In this document: positions 1 to 9,139 of the stretch, in pieces
How positions within the stretch are numbered: position 1 is the stretch's first letter
Layout: each line of letters opens with the position of its first letter
Virus record (IMG/VR): IMGVR_UViG_3300037808_001516
Coordinates: 64,001 to 128,000 of that record
Length of the DNA: 64,000 nucleotides
Strand: one strand, 5' to 3'
From: a virus
Notes under the pieces: generated by a model
What the model saw: only the letters and a program-made list of their open reading frames with translations
What the model was told of the DNA's origin: nothing
Database searches by the model: none
Translations under genes and position numbers: made by a program

Positions 1-30
1 CTAACATTGAGAGTTCGACTGGATTACTAA
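1..30 (+). CDS. 3' end of an upstream gene (partial, ...LTLRVRLDY*)
   Basis: Frame 1 reads LTLRVRLDY-TAA and stops 1 nt before the next ATG; the C-terminus resembles that of the next protein (FMFKMKIDF). Confidence 0.55.
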   Translation, partial: LTLRVRLDY

Positions 31-31
31 A

Positions 32-1213
32 ATGAGTTTTAAAAGGTTTCAGCAGAAAGACATAGTGAACAACACTATGGTTGCTAAACCTGAATTTAAT
101 TTTATAGTTCACAGCGGCAGCACGTTTCTTCAGAGAGAGAGGTCCGTCGACGGCAACTTTTCCAACACAATAAAACATATAGAATCAGGTCATGTAAGTT
201 TACACGAACTAAACATCAACAGACCTAGTGATTCATTAATCTATTCCTTTATTGAAAAAGACAGCACCAGATATTCATTCAAGACAATAACAACAACAGA
301 ATTTGATTCTGAATCCACTTTCGGGTTTGGATCTCAAATGACATCTTCTTACCCTGTCAGCGCATCTCTAAGCAGGATATATGTACCAGCAGGTATTGAG
401 TTTAACACAGGTGGAGTGACAGCCCACGTAAATAAGAAATACATCAGGGCTTTGAAAAACCCCATATCGTCATCAAACGTCTTGGGCCCGTCAAACAAGT
501 ATGGATCCCTAGGCACTTCCGCGGTCAACATGATCTGCGCCCCTGGTATCTTTGCCGGGTCTGGAATCGACAAGGGCTCGATTGAACTGAACTATTATGT
601 GACTGGAACATTGGTTGCGACTGCCAAAGATCTATATTCTGATGGAAGGATGATACAAACATACGGTTCAACAACATCCGTTGAAGTGGGAATGGTAGTT
701 TATAACCAGGGGATTATTTTATTAACGTCTTCAACCAGCCTACATACAAGCACAGATAAGTTTTTCTCACCATCCTCAACGGCCAACCCATCTTGGTTAT
801 CTTTCGGTACCGGTTTAAAACAGGCCGGCCTATCGCTCTCTCACGGAGATGTAGAAGACTCTTCATATTCTATAAATTTCAAGGGGACTAACAAGATACC
901 CACACTTACAATGTTTGCATTTTCAGAAAAAGGAGAGCATAACTTTTCTAAGAATCCGACATTTTTATCAAGATCTTCAGGTGAGGTATATTTTCAGAAC
1001 AAAGAGAATTATAGAGAGAGACAGTATCAAATAAAGAAGGTGAATAAATCTCCGTATGCAGACCACCAGGAAGAATTTCAGAACGTGACTTACATTTCAA
1101 AAGTGGGCATATATGACAAAGACAAGAACCTAATAGCTATCGCCTCTCTAGCTAACCCAGTAAAGAACACTGAAAAAAGAGACTTTATGTTCAAGATGAA
1201 GATAGATTTTTAA
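32..1213 (+). CDS. virion structural protein with C-terminal tail-collar-fibre-like motif
   Basis: Ser/Thr/Gly-rich beta-type sequence; C-terminal ISKVGIYDKDKNLIAIASL resembles the E-x-G-L-F/Y-D...L-I-A motif of tail-collar/baseplate proteins. Confidence 0.55.
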   Translation: MSFKRFQQKDIVNNTMVAKPEFNFIVHSGSTFLQRERSVDGNFSNTIKHIESGHVSLHELNINRPSDSLIYSFIEKDSTRYSFKTITTTEFDSESTFGFGSQMTSSYPVSASLSRIYVPAGIEFNTGGVTAHVNKKYIRALKNPISSSNVLGPSNKYGSLGTSAVNMICAPGIFAGSGIDKGSIELNYYVTGTLVATAKDLYSDGRMIQTYGSTTSVEVGMVVYNQGIILLTSSTSLHTSTDKFFSPSSTANPSWLSFGTGLKQAGLSLSHGDVEDSSYSINFKGTNKIPTLTMFAFSEKGEHNFSKNPTFLSRSSGEVYFQNKENYRERQYQIKKVNKSPYADHQEEFQNVTYISKVGIYDKDKNLIAIASLANPVKNTEKRDFMFKMKIDF

Positions 1214-1881
1214 TGGATATTCTAAAGAAGAAGATGAAGTTTTTGGCAACAAAGTTGTCCGCTTTGCAGTCCGAGTTCTCCGTCTCTAGAGAAATATTCG
1301 AATTGGCCTCACGAGAAGTTGATAGCATGTTTAAGCAGAAATACTTTCCAGAATCTTCGATGGTAGAAGAAGAAAAAAATAAGGACTTGGAAGAGTATGA
1401 CCCTGATCAGGACCAAGAACAGGAAGAAGTTAAGGCAGAACCAGCCCCGCCGGAACCTCCAAACCCAGAAGACATGCCAGAGCAACAATCAGCGCTGAAG
1501 GACGCATCTCCAGAAGTAAAAAAGATGTTTAAAAAAATAGCATCTCAGTGTCACCCGGACAAGTTGCAAGATATGGACGATGGGTTTGAAAAAACAAAAA
1601 AAGAACAACTCTACCAAAAAGCAAGACAAGCACTGGAAAACAATGATGTACTGATAATGGCAGATGTCGCCAACGAACTTGGGGTTGAGATACCTGAAAT
1701 AACCGAAACGCAACTAAAACAGACTGAACAGAAAATTATTTCTATAAAAAAAGAACTATCAATGATAGAATCAACAGCAGTGTGGCACTGGTTCTTCACA
1801 GAGGACCCCGCAAGAAAAGATGACATTTTAAAACAATTATTTCAAGTGATGTATGAAGAACAACAAAACGCTAGGTCTTGA
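1213..1881 (+). CDS. J-domain (DnaJ-like) co-chaperone protein
   Basis: EVKKMFKKIASQCHPDKL contains the HPD motif in J-domain helix context; acidic/Pro linker upstream. Confidence 0.75.
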   Translation: MDILKKKMKFLATKLSALQSEFSVSREIFELASREVDSMFKQKYFPESSMVEEEKNKDLEEYDPDQDQEQEEVKAEPAPPEPPNPEDMPEQQSALKDASPEVKKMFKKIASQCHPDKLQDMDDGFEKTKKEQLYQKARQALENNDVLIMADVANELGVEIPEITETQLKQTEQKIISIKKELSMIESTAVWHWFFTEDPARKDDILKQLFQVMYEEQQNARS

Positions 1882-2398
1882 CATTTCAACTTCTATTACC
1901 GGAGCGACGGTCATGCAAGACAGTAAAATACTAGAAACAGTGTTCTGGGACACCAGAAACAAAAGAAAGTTTCCTACCTTCTATGAAAAAGCAAAGTTTA
2001 TTAAAGAAAATATCTTGACAATAAAAAAGAAACATGGTATAACTAATATATACATCGAGCAATCTTTGCAATCATTCCGCTCGGGATTCTCTTCAGCGCA
2101 GACTTTGTCGACGCTAGCCAGGTTCAACGGTGTCGTGTCGTGGTTCTGCTTTGAGATATTCGGAATCCAACCAGAAATGATTGCAGCAACATCCGCCAGA
2201 AAACAAGCAGGTGTCGGCATCAAGCGTGGCGATAATGCTAAAGAAAAGGTTTTACAATTTGTTATTGACAACTTCCCACAAATTGAGATACAATATACAA
2301 AACACGGAAATCCAAAACCGGGCACACTAGACATGTGTGATAGTATTGTAATCGCTTTAGCGGGAGATAGACTTGTCAGAGAAGCTCAAATTACTTAA
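1853..2398 (+). CDS. RuvC-like Holliday junction resolvase
   Basis: LGLDISTSITG, IYIE and C-terminal DMCDSIVIA acidic motifs of the RNase H/RuvC fold. Confidence 0.8.
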   Translation: MKNNKTLGLDISTSITGATVMQDSKILETVFWDTRNKRKFPTFYEKAKFIKENILTIKKKHGITNIYIEQSLQSFRSGFSSAQTLSTLARFNGVVSWFCFEIFGIQPEMIAATSARKQAGVGIKRGDNAKEKVLQFVIDNFPQIEIQYTKHGNPKPGTLDMCDSIVIALAGDRLVREAQIT

Positions 2399-3290
2399 GA
2401 AAGCTCTAGGCCACTGTTGGTCTAATGAAGATGAACACCAGTTCAGTTGTCCAAAATGTAACCATCATAAGCTAAAATTATCGGTCAACATAGATAAGGA
2501 TGTGTTCAAGTGCTGGATCTGTGACTACTCTGGAACAAAGATATCGCAACTAATTAGACAGTGTACACCAGCCTATTACGCTGACTGGAGACAGTTGGCG
2601 GGAGAACTCGACCTTGCGAAATACGACACTATATTCGCAGAGCATGTGCCTGAGCCTCCGCAAATAATAGATCTACCAGAAAATTTCCAAACACTAACAG
2701 GTAAAAAGACAAGACTCAAAAGGAGAGCCCTAGGTTATCTTTACTCTCGCGGCTTTACAGATAGAGATATTTTGACTTGGAAGATTGGTTTCTGTGATTA
2801 CGGAGAGTATCAAGACAGAGTTATCATCCCAAGTTTTGATGACGATGGTAATGTTAATTTCTTTGTGGCGAGATCATATACAGACGATTGGATGAAATAC
2901 AAAAACCCAAGAGTCAGTAAGGATATTATCTTCAATGACCTCAACATTGATTGGGATGATGATGTAATCTTGGCTGAAGGCGTGTTCGATGCAATGAAGT
3001 GTAAGAATGCCGTTCCACTGCTTGGTTCGACTCTGAGGGAAAACTCAAGACTATTCCAGAAGATATGCGATCGCAAGCCTGATGTATACTTGGCTTTGGA
3101 TGAAGATGCCAAAGGGAAAGAGTTTGGGATAGCAAACAAATTGAGAGAATACGGCATTAAAGTTATGTCCATCGATGTCAGCGGCTATTCGGACATTGGA
3201 GAGATGCCACAAGAGGTGGTAGAACAGCGAAAACAAAATGCGGATATTGTATCCGATTTAGACTATTTACATTATAAATTAGATTTTTAA
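2373..3290 (+). CDS. DNA primase (zinc finger + TOPRIM)
   Basis: CPKC...CWIC zinc finger, RVIIP, AEGVFDAM and LDEDAKG TOPRIM motifs; TTG start. Confidence 0.88.
   Translation: MSEKLKLLKKALGHCWSNEDEHQFSCPKCNHHKLKLSVNIDKDVFKCWICDYSGTKISQLIRQCTPAYYADWRQLAGELDLAKYDTIFAEHVPEPPQIIDLPENFQTLTGKKTRLKRRALGYLYSRGFTDRDILTWKIGFCDYGEYQDRVIIPSFDDDGNVNFFVARSYTDDWMKYKNPRVSKDIIFNDLNIDWDDDVILAEGVFDAMKCKNAVPLLGSTLRENSRLFQKICDRKPDVYLALDEDAKGKEFGIANKLREYGIKVMSIDVSGYSDIGEMPQEVVEQRKQNADIVSDLDYLHYKLDF
3262..3269 (+). promoter_or_regulatory. putative late promoter ACTATTTA
   Basis: Same motif recurs before structural genes; lies about 35 nt upstream of the small-ORF cluster. Confidence 0.55.
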
Positions 3291-3302
3291 AGGAGTTTTA
3301 TA

Positions 3303-3533
3303 ATGAAAAAATCAGAACTGAAGAGAATGATAGCAGAAGAAGTTTCCAGAATAACCGAGTCCGCCGGCTCGGTTCGTCATGACCTAAGGTATATCAAAGA
3401 GATAATTGAAGAAATCGGCGCCAACCCCGACACCGGTCCCACCGCCCTAGACTTCCAAAATATCATGGGGCATTGCAAAAGAGCGCTGCAGCGACTAGCC
3501 GACCGGGAAAAATATCAAAATCCGGCAAAATAA
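3303..3533 (+). CDS. small protein with KSELKxxIxEE N-terminal motif (putative internal head protein)
   Basis: AAGGAG RBS; N-terminus MKKSELKRMIAEEV shared with 3555, 3862 and 15061. Confidence 0.6.
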   Translation: MKKSELKRMIAEEVSRITESAGSVRHDLRYIKEIIEEIGANPDTGPTALDFQNIMGHCKRALQRLADREKYQNPAK

Positions 3534-3554
3534 CAAAAAAGGAGAAAATCATAA

Positions 3555-3818
3555 ATGAACAAAACACAACTAAAAAGACTAATAAAAGAAGAAACTAAAA
3601 AAGTATTAAATGAGAGAGGAAACTCCAAACAGAATGCCATGCACAATGCAAGGAGAGCACTTGAAACAGAAGATGTTAAATGGCTAAAAGATGCACTTTT
3701 ACGTTTAATGAATGAGATGGCCGGCTTAGACCCGGAGCTAAAATTTTATCTACCAAAGAAAGAAGAGCCACAGTGTCATGATACACCATTCGGCCCGTTG
3801 TGCCCGGACGATGATTGA
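3555..3818 (+). CDS. small protein with KTQLKRLIKEE N-terminal motif (putative internal head protein)
   Basis: AGGAG RBS; shared N-terminal motif followed by VLNE. Confidence 0.6.
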   Translation: MNKTQLKRLIKEETKKVLNERGNSKQNAMHNARRALETEDVKWLKDALLRLMNEMAGLDPELKFYLPKKEEPQCHDTPFGPLCPDDD

Positions 3819-3861
3819 TCAAGCACGGAATAGAGTCAAAACAAGCAACAGGAGAACAATA

Positions 3862-4032
3862 ATGGAACTTACAAAAAGAAGACTAAAAGAAATAATCGCA
3901 GAAGAGATGAACCACTTAGCAGAAACAGGCGACCTCAACATGATTACCGAATCAGAAAAGAAAGCATTCGCTATCATTCTTGAGAAGCTTACACCAACTC
4001 AACTTGAGACCCTCGGCCTCAAAAGAATTTAG
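3862..4032 (+). CDS. small protein with LTKRRLKEIIAEE motif (putative internal head protein)
   Basis: Start moved from 3778 to ATG 3862, which follows an AGGAG RBS; shared motif. Confidence 0.6.
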   Translation: MELTKRRLKEIIAEEMNHLAETGDLNMITESEKKAFAIILEKLTPTQLETLGLKRI

Positions 4033-4061
4033 TTGACACCCCTACCAAACCCTGCTATACT
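4033..4061 (+). promoter_or_regulatory. sigma70-type promoter (TTGACA-17-TATACT, extended -10 TG)
   Basis: TTGACA 4033-4038, TG, TATACT 4056-4061 in the intergenic gap before the Mre11-Rad50 gene. Confidence 0.8.
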
Positions 4062-4091
4062 TGTATCATAACAATTATTCACGGAGAATAA

Positions 4092-7000
4092 ATGAGATTT
4101 GCTCACATTGCGGACACCCATATCCGAAACCTAAAATACCATTTTGAATACAAAGATGTATTTCAACAACTTTATAAATCACTAAAAGAAGAAAAGGTGG
4201 ACTACATTATCCACTGCGGAGACATCGCACACACCAAGACACAAATCTCACCAGAGTTTGTGGACATGTGCAGAGACTTCTTCCAGAACCTTGCAGCCAT
4301 CGCACCAACCTACATCATCCTAGGTAATCACGACGGCAACCTTCGCAACGGTTCTAGGCAAGACGCTCTTTCCCCTATTGCAAAGGCAATCAATGACCCA
4401 AATCTCATCCTGTTAAAGAACGCCGGAGAGACAAAAATCAATGATAAGTTTTGTCTAAATGTTTTATCTGTATTTGATGAGGAAAACTGGACCGAACCAA
4501 CAGACTACAACCTAGTTAACATAGCGTTATATCACGGCGCTATTGATAAATCCAAAACAGACAGCAACTGGACACTAGGCGGCGACCATAGTATCGAAAT
4601 CTTTGAAGAGTTTGACTTTGGCTTTCTTGGGGATATTCACAAAACACAAAAGTTAGATAAGGAAGGTCGTATCTGGTATGCTGGCTCTACAGTTCAACAA
4701 AATTTTGGTGAGTCATTGGATAAAGGTTATCTACTTTGGGATATTGAAAGTAAAGACAATTTTACCAATAGACTCATTACCTTCAATAACCCAAAGCCTT
4801 TCATTACTCTTCCTCTAAGTGAGAAGGGCAATCTGCCAAGACTAAAGCCACCAGAAGGTGCACGTCTTCGTATCGTATCTGAGAGTAATGTATCTCTGGA
4901 CAAGGTTCGTAAGGCCGTCGACATTGCAAAATTTAAGTACAATCCTGAGTCGGTAACTTATCTTAACAGGGCTGCCGGTAAACAAATCAAAGTAGCAGCA
5001 CCAGAAGGTCTAGAGAAACAAGACTTACGAGACATCAAGACACAGGAAACTCTAATGGCTGAGTATCTAAAAGAATACGAGTCGACAGAAGAAGTTCTAG
5101 AGAAAGTTTATAAACTAAACAAAGAATTCAACAAGCAAATTGAAGAGAACGAAGACGTAATGAGGAATGTCAATTGGTCACTTCAGAGTTTGGAGTGGGA
5201 CAACCTATTCAACTACGCAGAAGGAAACAGGATTGACTTTACCAAATTAGAAGGTATCGTTGGTATCTTTGGGAAGAATTACTCAGGCAAGTCTTCTATT
5301 GTGGATACTTTGCTTTACTCTATGTATAACTCTACCTCGAAGTCTATTCGAAAGAACTTAAACATTATCAACCAAAACAAAGATGAATGTGTTGCCACAG
5401 CAACCATCAAGGTTGATGGAACAGACTACATCATAGAACGAAAGTCAAACAAGTACACAAAGCGCCTAAAGGGTGTAGAGACTCAGGAGGCAACGACGGA
5501 CTTAGAATTCTACTCAAAAGACGCGATGGGCAATCACACGGGACTCAACGGCACATCGAGACAAGATACTGACAAGAATGTGCGAAGATACTTCGGGACT
5601 CTACCGGACTTCCTCGCAACCTCCATGGCCTCTCAGTTGGACTCGTTGTCTTTTATCAACGAGGGTTCAACAAAAAGAAAAGAGTTTCTGGCCAAGTTCT
5701 TAGATTTGGAAATCTTTGATAAGAAGTTCAAGATGGCAAAGGAAGCTTCGGCCGAAATCAAAGCGTCTCTCAAGAGGCTCGAAGGTATCGACTTTGATGG
5801 AAACATCAAGGACATCAAATCGGAAATCACCAAGGGAGAGCTTGCAATCGAAAAGAACAAAGCAATCTGCAGCACCCTCAAAGAAGAGCTAGGAGACTTA
5901 TCACAAGCTCTAAACGACCTTCAGAATAAGATTGCATCAGTTCCAGCAGACGTCATAGACCCTGTGATGACATCACGGGCCATAGCGAACAAGCAGCAAG
6001 TGATACTACAGACCACAGCTCAGAAGACTGAGGCTCAACAGCTACTAATGGAGAACGAGACAAAATTTGAAAAGATAGACACGTTTCTCGCAGCATTCGA
6101 AGTAGATTCATACCGAAAGAAGAAAGAACTTATCGATTCTAGTTCTGAAGATCTTGAATTGTTGCTTGCTCAAATGGAGAGTGAATCTAAGAAGAAGAGT
6201 AGAAATAGAGAAAAACAAGACCTACTATCACAAGTGCCTTGCGGGTCACAATTTCCCACTTGCAAGTTCATCAAGGATGCGCACCAAGCAGTCGATTTGA
6301 TTCAGATATCTGAAAAGAAGATGAGTTCTATGTCTAAAGATATCAATTCTTTAGGAGAGAAAATTTCTTCACTGGAGCCTTTGAAGGTGGCAAGCCATCT
6401 TGATAAGTACAATCAACTGGTGGAGAAGAGAAATCAAATAGCAACAACAATCGCAAACAGCAAGCTCGTTGTTGAACGCGCAGACAGCTCCCTGTTCAAG
6501 GAGCAGGTTGAATTAGATGAGCTTAATACCAAGGCAAACTTGTACGAAGAAAACAAGGAAGCTATCGAAAACCTAAAACAACTCCTATCAGATAGAGACA
6601 ATTTGAAGGAACAGGCATTATCGAAAGAAAGGGAGCTTACATCATGCGATCAGAGAATTATGCAGCTTCATAAGAAGCACGGCTCATCAGAGCAAAAGCT
6701 GGTTCACATGCAACAACAACACAAGGAGTTTCAAGAACTAGAAGAGAACTTTGCTGCCTATCACTTGTTCATGGTTTGCTGCCATCCCAATGGTGTTTCT
6801 TATGAAATCATAAAGGAGAGGTTGCCTTACATCAACCAAGAAATCTCCAAGATCTTGACAAACATTGTAGACTTCGAGGTCTTTATCTCTAACAATGAGG
6901 ACAAGCTTGACATCTTTATCAAGCACCCAAGCCACGACCCTCGTCCATTAGAGATGGGATCTGGTGCAGAGAAGACAATCGCATCAATGGCCATTCGACT

Positions 7001-7229
7001 TGCATTTTTAACTGTGTCCAGTTTACCAAAGTCCGACCTATTTATACTTGACGAGCCGGGAACTGCTCTCGATGAAGAAAACATGGAAGGCTTTGTCCGT
7101 ATCTTAGATATGGTCAAGGGATACTTCAAGACTGTTCTTCTTATCTCACATCTCGACAGTTTAAAAGATTGTGTAGACATGCAGATAAACATCGAGAAAA
7201 AGAACGGCTATGCGCACGTAAACATTTAG
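4092..7229 (+). CDS. fused SbcD/Mre11 nuclease - SbcC/Rad50 ATPase (T4 gp47+gp46-like)
   Basis: Phosphoesterase motifs HIADTH, GD, GNHD, GDIH; Walker A GKNYSGKS; coiled coil with central VPCG...PTC; signature GSGAEK; Walker B FILDE. Confidence 0.9.
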   Translation: MRFAHIADTHIRNLKYHFEYKDVFQQLYKSLKEEKVDYIIHCGDIAHTKTQISPEFVDMCRDFFQNLAAIAPTYIILGNHDGNLRNGSRQDALSPIAKAINDPNLILLKNAGETKINDKFCLNVLSVFDEENWTEPTDYNLVNIALYHGAIDKSKTDSNWTLGGDHSIEIFEEFDFGFLGDIHKTQKLDKEGRIWYAGSTVQQNFGESLDKGYLLWDIESKDNFTNRLITFNNPKPFITLPLSEKGNLPRLKPPEGARLRIVSESNVSLDKVRKAVDIAKFKYNPESVTYLNRAAGKQIKVAAPEGLEKQDLRDIKTQETLMAEYLKEYESTEEVLEKVYKLNKEFNKQIEENEDVMRNVNWSLQSLEWDNLFNYAEGNRIDFTKLEGIVGIFGKNYSGKSSIVDTLLYSMYNSTSKSIRKNLNIINQNKDECVATATIKVDGTDYIIERKSNKYTKRLKGVETQEATTDLEFYSKDAMGNHTGLNGTSRQDTDKNVRRYFGTLPDFLATSMASQLDSLSFINEGSTKRKEFLAKFLDLEIFDKKFKMAKEASAEIKASLKRLEGIDFDGNIKDIKSEITKGELAIEKNKAICSTLKEELGDLSQALNDLQNKIASVPADVIDPVMTSRAIANKQQVILQTTAQKTEAQQLLMENETKFEKIDTFLAAFEVDSYRKKKELIDSSSEDLELLLAQMESESKKKSRNREKQDLLSQVPCGSQFPTCKFIKDAHQAVDLIQISEKKMSSMSKDINSLGEKISSLEPLKVASHLDKYNQLVEKRNQIATTIANSKLVVERADSSLFKEQVELDELNTKANLYEENKEAIENLKQLLSDRDNLKEQALSKERELTSCDQRIMQLHKKHGSSEQKLVHMQQQHKEFQELEENFAAYHLFMVCCHPNGVSYEIIKERLPYINQEISKILTNIVDFEVFISNNEDKLDIFIKHPSHDPRPLEMGSGAEKTIASMAIRLAFLTVSSLPKSDLFILDEPGTALDEENMEGFVRILDMVKGYFKTVLLISHLDSLKDCVDMQINIEKKNGYAHVNI

Positions 7230-7237
7230 GAGGATTT

Positions 7238-7438
7238 ATGATGACAGCAATAAAAGCATGGGCAGACAAACACACGGAAAGATTTATTTCTCGCAAGTTC
7301 TTAGCGTGGCTAACAGCGACAGGGCTAGTAGCATACGGCTCAGTAACTTCTTCGGACTGGGTTTCGGTAACGTTAGCATACATTGGATCACAAGCAGCAG
7401 TCGACCTTGCCACACAGTGGAAGCACGGTAAGCAATAA
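7238..7438 (+). CDS. small two-TM membrane protein, holin-like
   Basis: AGGAGG RBS before ATG-ATG at 7238; SRKFLAW followed by two hydrophobic segments. Confidence 0.5.
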   Translation: MMTAIKAWADKHTERFISRKFLAWLTATGLVAYGSVTSSDWVSVTLAYIGSQAAVDLATQWKHGKQ

Positions 7439-7824
7439 TGTTATATCTCAAGATCTTCTGGGCTTGGATAAAGAAAAACTGGAAGCTATCAGCACTTGCA
7501 GCATGGACCATTTTTATTTGGCTTGTGTCTCGCAAGAATGCCGATGGCGCCATCCAAGCCATGAAGGCGAACAAGGAGTCTTATGAAGCTCAGATCCAGG
7601 GCCTCAAAGATGCTCACGAAGAGGAAGTTCAAAAAAGAGAAGAACTTCACTTAAAATATCGTGTGACTCTTGGTAAGATAAAAGAAAAATACGATCTCGA
7701 AGAAGAACAGCTTTCTCGTAAAAAGAAAAAGAAAGTAAAAGAGATCATAAAGAAAGCAAAGGACAATCCTGATGAGATCAATGAAAAAATTGAAAACCTC
7801 TTTGGCTTTACTGCTGCTGATTAG
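7438..7824 (+). CDS. N-terminal TM + coiled-coil protein (i-spanin-like)
   Basis: WKLSALAAWTIFIWLV TM segment then charged coiled coil; overlaps neighbours. Confidence 0.45.
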   Translation: MLYLKIFWAWIKKNWKLSALAAWTIFIWLVSRKNADGAIQAMKANKESYEAQIQGLKDAHEEEVQKREELHLKYRVTLGKIKEKYDLEEEQLSRKKKKKVKEIIKKAKDNPDEINEKIENLFGFTAAD

Positions 7825-8215
7825 TTTTACCAGCATCTCGTTTGCAGCGCCAGGAAAATATAAACAAGTAGAGCAAGGGGACACTGTCCCTTTTTCTGGT
7901 TGGTGTTTTGACAAAGAAGCATCAGCACAGATACTAGCAGACAAAGAATTTCAAGAAAAACAATGCAAGCTCAAGACCAATAGAGCTTTACAGATTCAGT
8001 TCGCAAACTATGATTTAGAGTTGGGTAAACTCAAGGCCGACATGAAATATGAAGTTGGCACAAGAGATACGATTATCGAAGCTCTAAAGGAAGAGAATCT
8101 AAAATTAGAAAAAGTTATTATCGATAGTTCGAACACTCACTGGCACGTCTTCGCATCTCTCGGCTTTGTAGCTGGAGCTATATTGACCATAGTAATTGTG
8201 GAGACTGTAGAGTGA
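7781..8215 (+). CDS. signal-peptide protein with coiled coil and C-terminal TM (spanin-like partner)
   Basis: MKKLKTSLALLLLISFTSISFA signal peptide; C-terminal hydrophobic helix; overlaps the upstream gene in another frame. Confidence 0.45.
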   Translation: MKKLKTSLALLLLISFTSISFAAPGKYKQVEQGDTVPFSGWCFDKEASAQILADKEFQEKQCKLKTNRALQIQFANYDLELGKLKADMKYEVGTRDTIIEALKEENLKLEKVIIDSSNTHWHVFASLGFVAGAILTIVIVETVE

Positions 8216-8583
8216 AAGAAAAAGATCTAAACGAAGTAGCTAAAATAGAAAAAGCAATAAAGGAGAAGTACGGAGATGAAGCGATTCAGAACCCTAAGGG
8301 ATCTTGGGATCAGGAGAAAGAAAATAAATATCTGGAAGACCTCAAATCTTTTTACAAAAGGGATCCTCGCAAAAAAACAACAGAGGTCATTGGGGATGTC
8401 AAAATTAAAACAAGAAAAGCATCGAACCAGGTAGAGAGAGAATGCCCAGTTTGTGGTTCATATTCCTTCTCTGGACGAGATGATGTTTATATGACAAAGT
8501 TTAACTGCTGTTTTGATTGTTATATTCAGCATGTCGACGGCCGAGAAGAAAGATGGAAATCGGGCTGGAGACCAAACAACTAA
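8212..8583 (+). CDS. hypothetical protein with Cys cluster (CPVC...CCFDC)
   Basis: ORF with GGAG RBS and GTG start; zinc-finger-like cysteines. Confidence 0.6.
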   Translation: MKEKDLNEVAKIEKAIKEKYGDEAIQNPKGSWDQEKENKYLEDLKSFYKRDPRKKTTEVIGDVKIKTRKASNQVERECPVCGSYSFSGRDDVYMTKFNCCFDCYIQHVDGREERWKSGWRPNN

Positions 8584-8610
8584 CTATTTACTATTAGAAA
8601 ACTATTTATT
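8583..8610 (+). promoter_or_regulatory. tandem putative late promoters ACTATTTA
   Basis: ACTATTTA at 8583-8590 and ACTATTTAT at 8601-8609, ahead of the terminase operon. Confidence 0.65.
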
Positions 8611-8629
8611 GTAAGAGGAATTTAAAACA

Positions 8630-9130
8630 ATGGCAACAACTTTAGAAATTATAAACTGTATCTCACAGGTACTTGCTAATTCATATGACGGAGCACTTGA
8701 CGAGAGCGGAGAACCGGTTAAAATTGGTCTCCGAAGGGAAGAGGGTAACCCCCTAATAGATCAAAGAGTCATGGACGGATTTGGAGCGCACATCAGCGGA
8801 AACAGACTTCACATCAAATACCACGCAGAAATACCACTTAAAGAAGTTCACTCAAATGGTTTCGAGGGAGAGATGGAATCCATGGTGGAGAAGGTCAAGT
8901 CTTTTATTCAGAAGGAATACAATAAATTGAAAAAATCTTCTCTTTCTCTTTCGGATCCAAGTGAGGTTGATGTTCTTGTTGAATATGTATCTCGTATACG
9001 TTGCAGTGTCAAGGTACACAAATGCTACGAAATAGGAGGAGTCCAGTCAGAGATCAACGATCCAGAATCTACTGAGCGTCCCACAGACCCATCATTCGCT
9101 AAGATGGTTGCTCTCGGCGGACTTAAGTAA
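8630..9130 (+). CDS. hypothetical phage protein upstream of terminase
   Basis: 166-aa ORF with GAGG RBS; no motif recognised. Confidence 0.65.
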   Translation: MATTLEIINCISQVLANSYDGALDESGEPVKIGLRREEGNPLIDQRVMDGFGAHISGNRLHIKYHAEIPLKEVHSNGFEGEMESMVEKVKSFIQKEYNKLKKSSLSLSDPSEVDVLVEYVSRIRCSVKVHKCYEIGGVQSEINDPESTERPTDPSFAKMVALGGLK

Positions 9131-9139
9131 GAGGCTTTA

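Noticed and set aside
3276-3290. Primase C-terminus YKLDF resembling the KIDF/RLDY ends of the first two genes
   Set aside because: Too short and in an unrelated protein; likely coincidence
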